Below are positions 8,346 to 15,427 of a stretch of DNA of 53,474 nt, in pieces. Position 1 is the first letter of the stretch. Every line of letters begins with the position of its first letter. The notes under the pieces are model-generated. The model had not been told where the DNA came from and ran no database searches. It worked only from the letters and a program-made list of their open reading frames with translations. Origin of the DNA: a virus (lineage: Duplodnaviria > Caudoviricetes); IMG/VR virus record IMGVR_UViG_3300045284_000563, positions 1 through 53,474 of that record; one strand, 5' to 3'. The position numbers were made by a program, and so were the translations under genes.

Positions 8346-8563
8346 AACGTGCGTCGCCCAACCTCAAACAGAACTCCGCTGAGCGGTACGGTGCTCAGCA
8401 TGGCGCAACATCGCATTGCAAGGACGAGCAATGCTCGGCAAGTCTCGGCACCGCAGCGCCACGCACCGCTCAGCAAAGCAGCGCTCAGCAAAGCCACCCG
8501 AATCGGCGCGCCGCCGGGCTACGCATCGCTGCGCACAGCCGAGCAAACCAAAGGACACTTTTC
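8346..8563 (+). ncRNA. 5-nt-periodic tract 3 (long; candidate guide-like RNA)
   Basis: About 34 in-phase NN-GC-N units from 8376 to 8545; ends GCAAACCAAAGGACACTTTTC. Confidence 0.7.
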
Positions 8564-8569
8564 TCGCTC

Positions 8570-8875
8570 ATGAAATCGTCGAACACCCCCTTCCACTTCC
8601 CTCGCAACCGCGAGCGCTGGACCCCCGGCGAAGAGCGCAAGCTCCTCGAAATATACGCCTCAACCGGCCGCGTGTGGTGGTGCGGCTCGTGGCGTACGGC
8701 ACCGCGTTACCGGGCCGCGGAAGAGCTCGGACGATCGCCGTCAGCGGTGCAAGATCGTTTCATCGAGCTCCAGCGGTGCCGACAACGAGCGAGAGTTACG
8801 CCTACGCAGGACACACACGACAACACCGACGAGGACGGGTCGCCGCTCAACGCAGACAACGACCCGGACGCATGA
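8570..8875 (+). CDS. Myb/SANT-like HTH protein
   Basis: RWTPGEERKLLEIY...AAEELGRSPSAVQDRF. Confidence 0.65.
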   Translation: MKSSNTPFHFPRNRERWTPGEERKLLEIYASTGRVWWCGSWRTAPRYRAAEELGRSPSAVQDRFIELQRCRQRARVTPTQDTHDNTDEDGSPLNADNDPDA

Positions 8876-9390
8876 ACAATCAAGAAAGGAAACCATCCGT
8901 GAACGACGCCCCGCTTACCCGCTCGAAACACTCCTCGCCCCCTCGCCCCGCTCCCATGACGTCCGAGGACGTGATTCACGAGCTCGCCGAAGCGCTCCGC
9001 GACACCATCAACGAGATCGATGAGCTATACGTTCGAGCGAACCCTGAGAGCGCCTACCTCGATCTCGCGTGTAAGCTCATCTTCCGCATGAAAACGGTCA
9101 CCATCGTGCCTGTACACGCGCAGGTCGAATCTCGGGAAGCCGAGATACGCCAAGCCGAGGGCGAGGGTGCTGTGCGGATCTTCGAAGCGCTCGACCGGTG
9201 GCTTCTTGCGCGCGAGGCCGGCGCCCGATCCATCGAGACGGGCGTCAACGTCGCAGGTAGACGCGAAATCACGATGACCGAGGGTGCAAACACCAACTAC
9301 GAAGTGAAGGGGTTCTTTCAGGGCGAATCGCTTCAGGATGCCTGCGCGCAGGCGGCGCAGGTCTTGCTGTTCAACGGAGACGACTCGTGA
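8872..9390 (+). CDS. Hypothetical protein
   Basis: ATG 8872 coupled to the upstream stop; C-terminal part of ORF 8416..9390. Confidence 0.6.
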   Translation: MNNQERKPSVNDAPLTRSKHSSPPRPAPMTSEDVIHELAEALRDTINEIDELYVRANPESAYLDLACKLIFRMKTVTIVPVHAQVESREAEIRQAEGEGAVRIFEALDRWLLAREAGARSIETGVNVAGRREITMTEGANTNYEVKGFFQGESLQDACAQAAQVLLFNGDDS

Positions 9391-9578
9391 ACGCTCGAAA
9401 GGTCCACATCACTGGTTTGACAGGGCTAGTGGTCGTTCAGGGGTGCATTCTCGCATTCACGTGGGTTATCGTCGGCGTTCCGCACACTCGCGTCGCTGTT
9501 ACTTCCGCGATCGTGGCTCACGTGTTTTTCGTGTTGAGCGTGATCGGCACGTGGCGCGTCATTGACGACGAGCGATAA
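9387..9578 (+). CDS. Small 2-TM membrane protein
   Basis: Two hydrophobic helices; coupled start; overlaps the convergent ORF. Confidence 0.5.
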   Translation: MNARKVHITGLTGLVVVQGCILAFTWVIVGVPHTRVAVTSAIVAHVFFVLSVIGTWRVIDDER

Positions 9579-9788
9579 CGTCTTCCTTGGAGCGTATTTC
9601 CGCCTCTGCGTCTCCGACACGGCCATCAAAGCGTTGAGCCCTAGTGACCCCTTGAGCTCCTCGCACACCTGCCGCACCTTCGGAAGCTTCGATCCGCCGC
9701 GTACGTTCTCGAGTTCTTCGAGGAGCACCGCGGCCTCTGGACCCGTGAGGTCGATGTGGATGTAGCCGGTGGAGCGGTGGATTTTCAC
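9426..9788 (-). CDS. Hypothetical protein
   Basis: Coupled to the deaminase stop; 3' end overlaps the convergent gene. Confidence 0.5.
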   Translation of the reverse strand: MKIHRSTGYIHIDLTGPEAAVLLEELENVRGGSKLPKVRQVCEELKGSLGLNALMAVSETQRRKYAPRKTLSLVVNDAPRADHAQHEKHVSHDRGSNSDASVRNADDNPRECENAPLNDH

Positions 9789-10240
9789 TTGAAGCCCGCA
9801 TCATACGCCTGTTTGTCACGCGCCGCACGAACAGCGTCCTCGAGCGTGTGCGCCTGAACTCCCACACCCTGCAAGAGCTTCACGCCGCTCGGATCTCGAT
9901 ACGCCACCTCGTACACGACCTTCTTCACCCCCGCGTTGATGATGAGCTTCGCGCACATCCGGCACGGCGAGTGCGTAAGGTACAGGTGCTTCTCTTTGGG
10001 GTTGTTGAAGTCGAGCTTCACGAGCGCGTTCACCTCGGCATGAATGAAACCCGAAAGTCCCGGCTCGGGCGATTCGTGCTCGTGGGGACCACCGGCGTAG
10101 TTACCGTTGTAGCCACCCGAGAGCATCTGCGTGTTGTCGCTCGTGACGATGATCGCGCCGACCTTGAGACGAGGGTCGTAGGATCGCTCAGCGATGACAC
10201 GCGCGATCGCCATCCACGTCTCGGGCCAGGTAGGTCTCAT
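9785..10240 (-). CDS. dCMP deaminase (cytidine deaminase superfamily)
   Basis: RPTW..TWMAIA...RS...KVGA, HAEVNA, PCRMC zinc motifs. Confidence 0.92.
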   Translation of the reverse strand: MRPTWPETWMAIARVIAERSYDPRLKVGAIIVTSDNTQMLSGGYNGNYAGGPHEHESPEPGLSGFIHAEVNALVKLDFNNPKEKHLYLTHSPCRMCAKLIINAGVKKVVYEVAYRDPSGVKLLQGVGVQAHTLEDAVRAARDKQAYDAGFK

Positions 10241-10713
10241 AGACGGCGTTTCTCTTGCCACTCGCGTTTCTCCTCTTCTGTCATCGGTTGCGCCCATTCT
10301 TCAACATGACTCCCGCTCGTGCGACACGGACCGAAGTGCCCCTTCTGTCTATCGCACCGATTCCCCATCGGACTTATCCTTGCGCACCGCGCGACGCGGC
10401 GAAACTCTTCAACAGGACGCGCATTCTCCGCGTGCCACTCTCGAAAAAGTTCTAGCTTTTTCTTGCCCCGATCGAGCATCGCCCCTGATTCTTCGTCGGT
10501 GAGGTTCTTTTCCATAAAAAACGCAAGCGCTCCGCTCACATCGCCGAGCTCTTCGATGAGCTTCGGCTTGAGGTCGCCATCCCAGTGCTCGGTGCTCCCC
10601 GCGACGGCGATGAGCTTGCCTAACACCTGTTGAAGCTCGCCCATCTCTTCGAGAAGCTTCGAGGTGCCCGGCCAGACTTTGCTGCCGATCGAGAAGTCGC
10701 CGGAGCCTGTCAC
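10237..10713 (-). CDS. MazG-like nucleotide pyrophosphohydrolase
   Basis: KLLEEMGEL...LIEELGDV. Confidence 0.75.
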   Translation of the reverse strand: MTGSGDFSIGSKVWPGTSKLLEEMGELQQVLGKLIAVAGSTEHWDGDLKPKLIEELGDVSGALAFFMEKNLTDEESGAMLDRGKKKLELFREWHAENARPVEEFRRVARCARISPMGNRCDRQKGHFGPCRTSGSHVEEWAQPMTEEEKREWQEKRRL

Positions 10714-11006
10714 CGTCGTCTCCGCGCCTTGGCTGCCGCTGCGAGCCCCCCGAGCGTTTGCCCGAGACTCTTCAAATTGCCAACGAACTCAGGATTGGTG
10801 ACCACGTCGGCGACGTTCTTCACCGCGCGCACGGTTTCGTTCTCGAGAATGCCGTCGAGCGGGGGCGTGTCGAGCAGCTTGTACTTCCGTATGATGCGAA
10901 GCGCACGCCACGCCGAGTTGTCACCCTCTTCGCTGTCGGGGTTGTCAAACGCGAGCTCGATGAGCTTTTTCGCCTTCTGGCGCTTCTCTTCTTTCAAGTT
11001 CGCCAT
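10710..11006 (-). CDS. Hypothetical protein (DUF2786-like N-terminus)
   Basis: KAKKLIELA...EGDNSAWRALRIIRKYKL. Confidence 0.5.
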   Translation of the reverse strand: MANLKEEKRQKAKKLIELAFDNPDSEEGDNSAWRALRIIRKYKLLDTPPLDGILENETVRAVKNVADVVTNPEFVGNLKSLGQTLGGLAAAAKARRRR

Positions 11007-11258
11007 CTAGTCGTCCTCGTCGTCATCATCGTCCGCGTCACTCGCGCGACGACGCTTGGCGCCCCGGCGCCCCTTCTCGGTGTACCGCGCGTCCATGGCG
11101 TCGAGCATCGAGTCGGCGAACGTCGACGCGACCTCGACCATGCCGTCGATCACTTCATCCATGTCGTCGGCGTCGGCGACATCGGGGCTGTACGACTGCA
11201 TCGCCGCCACCGCGAACGCGGCCCACAGCTCTTTTTCTTTTGCGTCTCTAGTAGCCAT
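11007..11258 (-). CDS. Small acidic hypothetical protein
   Basis: FAVAAMQ...ADSML pattern; acidic tail. Confidence 0.6.
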   Translation of the reverse strand: MATRDAKEKELWAAFAVAAMQSYSPDVADADDMDEVIDGMVEVASTFADSMLDAMDARYTEKGRRGAKRRRASDADDDDDEDD

Positions 11259-11274
11259 TTTTACTTCGATCCTT

Positions 11275-11595
11275 TCACGTGCAACGTTCGAAAATCATGA
11301 TCGCTGTCAACACGAAGATCACGACCGCCAACAAACGCATGACGTACTCAGGCATGAGCAACGAAACGCGCGGCGACCCCGGTTGAGCCTCGACAATCCT
11401 CTGGTAGTCGTACACCCACTCGCGCCCGGTGAGCACGGTCTGTTTATTCGCTTCCGCTTCTCCGAAATCCATTGCCTCTGAGGCATCAAACGGTCCGGCC
11501 TCAAGCGTGAGGCGCTGTGGTGGACTTGTGAGAGTCCGAAGCGCGTAGCGATAGCGTGACTTCATCGACGTTCGACCTTCCGGCAAGAACCTCAC
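11275..11595 (-). CDS. Hypothetical protein with C-terminal TM
   Basis: Hydrophobic C-terminus; coupled start. Confidence 0.5.
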   Translation of the reverse strand: MRFLPEGRTSMKSRYRYALRTLTSPPQRLTLEAGPFDASEAMDFGEAEANKQTVLTGREWVYDYQRIVEAQPGSPRVSLLMPEYVMRLLAVVIFVLTAIMIFERCT

Positions 11596-11891
11596 GCGAG
11601 CCCCACCTTCTGCTTTCCAAAAATCCGGTCGTAGCCCTTCTTGTACGCGGGCGTCGCGACCTGCGGCGGCCCGCTAAGCGCCGGCTCAGGCGCGTAGATC
11701 GTCTCGACGTCGTGCCACTCGTCGTCTTCGTCGAGGGCGACCTTCACGATCTCTGCGCCGGTGAGAAGCGACTGCCCGTCTTTCATTGGCGTGAGCGTAC
11801 CGATGCTCGTGCGACCGTTCTTACGGCGCTCGACGAGCCTCGTGTTCGGGCCGACCTCTTGGCCGATGCGAATCTGATCCTTCTTACTCAC
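11592..11891 (-). CDS. Hypothetical protein
   Basis: GTG start coupled; ends GPPQVATPAYKKGYDRIFG. Confidence 0.6.
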   Translation of the reverse strand: MSKKDQIRIGQEVGPNTRLVERRKNGRTSIGTLTPMKDGQSLLTGAEIVKVALDEDDEWHDVETIYAPEPALSGPPQVATPAYKKGYDRIFGKQKVGLA

Positions 11892-12160
11892 GAGCCCTCC
11901 TTCGGCGCCTGTGCGAGATTCGCTTGGATGGCGACCGTGACGCGCACGTTCCGCTTGATGCAATCGTCGCAAGAGTCGGTTTCGACCAAATGCGTCGTGT
12001 GTTTGTACGATGGCGCCCAGTAAGCTCGGGTGTGCGCGCCCGGGTCGCGCTCGAGTGAGAGACGGCGCACCTCGAGCTTCACCTGACAAGTTGCCGGAGC
12101 ACCACAAGCGCACGGCGGGCGCGGGACATCGTCGGGATCTGTCTTTCGCGTTGCCATCAC
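11888..12160 (-). CDS. Small Cys-containing protein
   Basis: CACG...CDDC; coupled. Confidence 0.55.
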   Translation of the reverse strand: MMATRKTDPDDVPRPPCACGAPATCQVKLEVRRLSLERDPGAHTRAYWAPSYKHTTHLVETDSCDDCIKRNVRVTVAIQANLAQAPKEGS

Positions 12161-12495
12161 GTCCCTTCCTTCGGCGGCATGTGTTCGAGCGCCCATCGCA
12201 CGTAAGGGCTCTTCACCCCGTCTTTCTTCTTCTCCGGCGGGAGCCGCGCCTTGTACTCCTCGATGCACTTGCGGGCGTAACGCATCTGCGTCGCGTCGGC
12301 GACGAGCTCGTCGTAGATCTTCTTGTCGACAAGCACCAGATGACCGCGCAGAGCCGCGTCAATTTCTCGCGCGAGTTCGAGCCATGTGAAATCGTCCTTC
12401 CAGACGTGTCCGAGACCACTACGCGAGAGGTGGTTTCCCACGACCTTACGAAGGGCGGACGCGAGAACGGCGCCGACTGACGCGCGGGGGGTCAT
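12157..12495 (-). CDS. Hypothetical protein
   Basis: Coupled ORF. Confidence 0.55.
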   Translation of the reverse strand: MTPRASVGAVLASALRKVVGNHLSRSGLGHVWKDDFTWLELAREIDAALRGHLVLVDKKIYDELVADATQMRYARKCIEEYKARLPPEKKKDGVKSPYVRWALEHMPPKEGT

Positions 12496-12803
12496 CGGGC
12501 GCGCTCCGCTTGCGCGGCGAACTCAATGAGCGCCATAGCGATCTCGCGCGCTTTGCCCGGAGAAAACATGCCCGGAGATTCGTCTCTGCTACGTCCCGCG
12601 CAAAGGCTCACCCACTGTCCGGCGGCATTGACCTGCCACTGTCCCGGTGAAACCAGATGTGTCCCGCCGGTTTTACGACGAACACGCACGAGCTGTTCGG
12701 CATCCTCTTTCGGCACGATAGAGAACCCGCAACCGGACAACACGCGCGAGAATTCCTCCGGAGCGAGACCTGCGGCTCTCTCGATGGCTTGCTCCTTGGT
12801 CAT
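12492..12803 (-). CDS. Hypothetical protein
   Basis: Coupled ORF. Confidence 0.55.
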   Translation of the reverse strand: MTKEQAIERAAGLAPEEFSRVLSGCGFSIVPKEDAEQLVRVRRKTGGTHLVSPGQWQVNAAGQWVSLCAGRSRDESPGMFSPGKAREIAMALIEFAAQAERAR

Positions 12804-12985
12804 CGCTGCGCCTTGAGCCCTTGCTCGATGAGTGTGCGCACGGTCGACGAGAAATTGGTCTCGATCCCGTACTTGTCGCGTAGCTCCGTCTGGTACGCGC
12901 GAATGCGGGCTTCCAAGTCTTTGCTCATCCGAAGCATGCGCGGGACGCTGAAGTCATCCTGCTTCGGTTTCTTCTTCGACGTCAT
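12800..12985 (-). CDS. RHH-like DNA-binding protein
   Basis: PRMLRMSKDLEARI...NFSSTVRTLIEQGL. Confidence 0.65.
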   Translation of the reverse strand: MTSKKKPKQDDFSVPRMLRMSKDLEARIRAYQTELRDKYGIETNFSSTVRTLIEQGLKAQR

Positions 12986-13026
12986 GTGCTACGCAGAGTA
13001 ACAAAGAGCTACAAGCGAACGCAAGC

Positions 13027-13461
13027 CTATTCGGCGGCGCGCTGATCGCTCTGCTGGGCCGCCGCGGCCATCTCTTCGACGTGGGCGAGCGTGGCAGGCA
13101 TGCCGTCGCACCACTCGAGATCTTCGCTCGGAAGCGACAGCCCGAGATGCGTGAAGTCGACGATGAGCTTCGCCGCGCCGGCCTCGCGGAGCATGCCGCC
13201 CGAGATGCGCGGGCCGCAAAGGACCATGACGTCGCAGCGGCGGACCTGCTCACAGTCGGAGCGAAGACCGAGCTCGCGGTTCTCGAGGGTCTCCTCGAGT
13301 AGTTCGGTGCAGACGATCCACGAACACTCGACCGAGAAGCCTTGCCGCCAGAGCCACGCGGCCCACTTCTTCGCGCGAGCGCGATTCTCTTCGATGCCCT
13401 CGCGAGTGAGGGCGGTGAGCGGGTGGGCGCAATAAACCTGAATCATGTGGCTTCCTTTCAA
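13027..13461 (-). CDS. Nucleoside-deoxyribosyltransferase-like / DUF4406-like protein
   Basis: VYCAHPL...ENRARA...RCDVMVLCG..ISGGM..E. Confidence 0.6.
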   Translation of the reverse strand: MKGSHMIQVYCAHPLTALTREGIEENRARAKKWAAWLWRQGFSVECSWIVCTELLEETLENRELGLRSDCEQVRRCDVMVLCGPRISGGMLREAGAAKLIVDFTHLGLSLPSEDLEWCDGMPATLAHVEEMAAAAQQSDQRAAE

Positions 13462-13931
13462 TTCGGAATGAGATCGTTCACGTTGTTCCCGTCCGAAGCG
13501 AAGGTCTCTTCGTCGGCGTTCAATCGTTCATCGAGCTGCGCTTCTGTCTCGGGGTTCACATGCAGCCGCTTGCAGATTCGAAAGTAGAGGATCCGCCAAC
13601 GCGCGCTCGTGTTGATGTCGGGGTGCTTGTAACCGATCACCTCAGCCGCGTGCGCTAGGTGGAAGATGTAGTGAAGCGGATAGATGTCGAGCTCGCTCGT
13701 GAGCTCCTCGACCATGTCGGTGAAGACGCCCTCGTCGAACACTTGGATGAACGACCGAGACTTCCGAGGATCGCCGACGTGCGAATTCAGAACGTCGGCT
13801 CGAAGCTGTCGCGCGACGCGCTTGGAGATGTGATTCTTCTCGAGCCCGTCGCACCCGCGGATCGCCGTCATCAAGACGCCCTGGTGACGAAGTCCGAGTT
13901 TGCAGGCCCAGTCTTGAACGATGCTCTTCAT
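13458..13931 (-). CDS. Hypothetical phage protein
   Basis: SIVQDW..LGLRHQGVLMTAIRGCDG...HLAHAAEVIGYKHP; globular composition. Confidence 0.7.
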   Translation of the reverse strand: MKSIVQDWACKLGLRHQGVLMTAIRGCDGLEKNHISKRVARQLRADVLNSHVGDPRKSRSFIQVFDEGVFTDMVEELTSELDIYPLHYIFHLAHAAEVIGYKHPDINTSARWRILYFRICKRLHVNPETEAQLDERLNADEETFASDGNNVNDLIPN

Positions 13932-14157
13932 GTTCTACTCCCTCAACGGTTAAATTCGCAGTTGCAGAAACACCAACCGGAACAATCCTCGTGCTTGCCG
14001 GCGGAACACGCGCCGCAGAAACCTGGCATTGAGACCACGCCGGGCGATCGGCGCATCGTGTACACGAAGAGCTCCCAGTACACCCAGCCGCGGCAGAGGA
14101 GCACTTGCTTGGCGTAGTACACGCGGAGCTTCCAGAGATCGCGCCTCGAGAGGGTCG

Positions 14158-14436
14158 TCACGTCGAGACCCTTACGATGTAGACGGGGCAGCGGTGCGAA
14201 GGCGCGATAGCGCCGCAGTGAGGGCAGCACACGTGCCCTCTCTTGATCCTGGCAGCGACCATCTTCTTCCAGGACTCTTGGGTGTTGATGCCGGGGCCGA
14301 GCGATCTGGCGCGCGCTTTCGACTTCCGGGTGCGGGCCGGAAGCTCCCCGAAGTCAGCCTTGTACCGGCTGAGAGCCGCGGCACTCGCGAACGTCTCGAG
14401 GATGCCGATCTGGAGTTCTTCGGAGTCGTAGCTCAC
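14158..14436 (-). CDS. Hypothetical protein with Cys/His tail
   Basis: CCPHCG...HRCP. Confidence 0.45.
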   Translation of the reverse strand: MSYDSEELQIGILETFASAAALSRYKADFGELPARTRKSKARARSLGPGINTQESWKKMVAARIKRGHVCCPHCGAIAPSHRCPVYIVRVST

Positions 14437-14479
14437 GTGCCTACCGTCACCCGTCGGACGACCACTCGCTTCCGTTTCT

Positions 14480-14938
14480 TCACGCTGCGCGACGACCCGA
14501 GGTGGTAGCGCGTTTTCTGTTGAGCTTCTCTTCGAGAATCGCGCGAATGACGGCGCTCGTTTTTACTTCGGCGCCAGCGACTCGGCTCATTCGTCGCCGC
14601 TCTAGTTCGATAGCGTTTCGAAGTTTGCCCGGGAGGGCATGCACAGCCACGGGCAGAACGGCGTCATAATTATTAGGAGGAGGCAACCGGTTCAGGCGAA
14701 CGAACGAAAAAATATCTTCGTGGGGATCGAACCACTCTCCGGAAATGTGGTGCGCACGAAACCTGATATGGATATCAGTCTCCAGTCCCCGTATGTGTCC
14801 GATCAGGTACAACGGATCGGGGGAACTGATCTGAAGCGCCATTAATCGAGCGCGAAGGTTACCTGTGGTGGTTCCGATTTTGATCGGCCCGCTCGCTCCG
14901 CGTTGAACAAAGTAGACGATCTGCTTTTTTCTCATCAT
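14480..14938 (-). CDS. T5orf172/GIY-YIG-like domain plus C-terminal RHH-like domain
   Basis: VYFVQRGASGPIKIG...LQISSP..L...ETDIHIRF..HHISGEWF; paralogous to 4675..5100. Confidence 0.8.
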   Translation of the reverse strand: MMRKKQIVYFVQRGASGPIKIGTTTGNLRARLMALQISSPDPLYLIGHIRGLETDIHIRFRAHHISGEWFDPHEDIFSFVRLNRLPPPNNYDAVLPVAVHALPGKLRNAIELERRRMSRVAGAEVKTSAVIRAILEEKLNRKRATTSGRRAA

Positions 14939-15135
14939 GCCGCCCGATGATGACGACGCCGGACCGGTTTGTCCTCGAGTGTCGCCTCCTCGATCATTGC
15001 GCGCACGATAGCGCTAACACTGGGCTCGATACCCGTGAGTCGCTTTATCTCACGGCGACGTCTTTGGATTTTGACGTAGAGCGACCTATTGACGCGGGTG
15101 GCGATCATGATGTCGCTGTCGTTTTCCGTAGCCAT
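14935..15135 (-). CDS. RHH-like regulator
   Basis: IATRVNRSLYVKI...TGIEPSVSAIVRAMIEE; close paralog at 23081..23254. Confidence 0.75.
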   Translation of the reverse strand: MATENDSDIMIATRVNRSLYVKIQRRRREIKRLTGIEPSVSAIVRAMIEEATLEDKPVRRRHHRAA

Positions 15136-15178
15136 TTTTCGAGAAGATAACAGATGTTAACAAGTGGCACAAGTTTTC

Positions 15179-15208
15179 TTGACGAAGACCCGCACCGTCG
15201 CCTAGCAT
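15179..15208 (+). promoter_or_regulatory. Sigma70-like promoter of the primase operon
   Basis: TTGACG-18 nt-TAGCAT in an AT-richer divergent intergenic region. Confidence 0.5.
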
Positions 15209-15244
15209 CGGTTCCCCCTCGGCGTCTGGCAACAACGTGAGCCA

Positions 15245-15427
15245 ATGAACAACGTGCGGCTACAAAAATCGCTTCAACTGCTGCGCGACCTGAACCGGGC
15301 GCGCTCAGCGAAAGCCGCGCCGCTTATTTTGAAGTACGAGACGATCCTGCGTCAGCATGACTACGACGCGCGTGACAAAATCGATCCGAGGCAGCTCTCG
15401 ATCTTCGACCCGATCTTCAAAACATGA
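15245..15427 (+). CDS. Hypothetical protein
   Basis: Short ORF coupled to the primase gene. Confidence 0.5.
   Translation: MNNVRLQKSLQLLRDLNRARSAKAAPLILKYETILRQHDYDARDKIDPRQLSIFDPIFKT

Noticed and set aside
7461-8563. Canonical CRISPR array
   Set aside because: No identical 23-47-nt repeats with unique spacers, and no cas1/cas2/cas5/cas6 in the window.
8093-8871. ORFs 8093..8497(-), 8349..8573(+), 8364..8558(-) and the N-terminal half of 8416..9390
   Set aside because: Low-complexity Ala/Arg/Ser/Cys translations of the period-5 arrays; the real genes start at 8570 and 8872.
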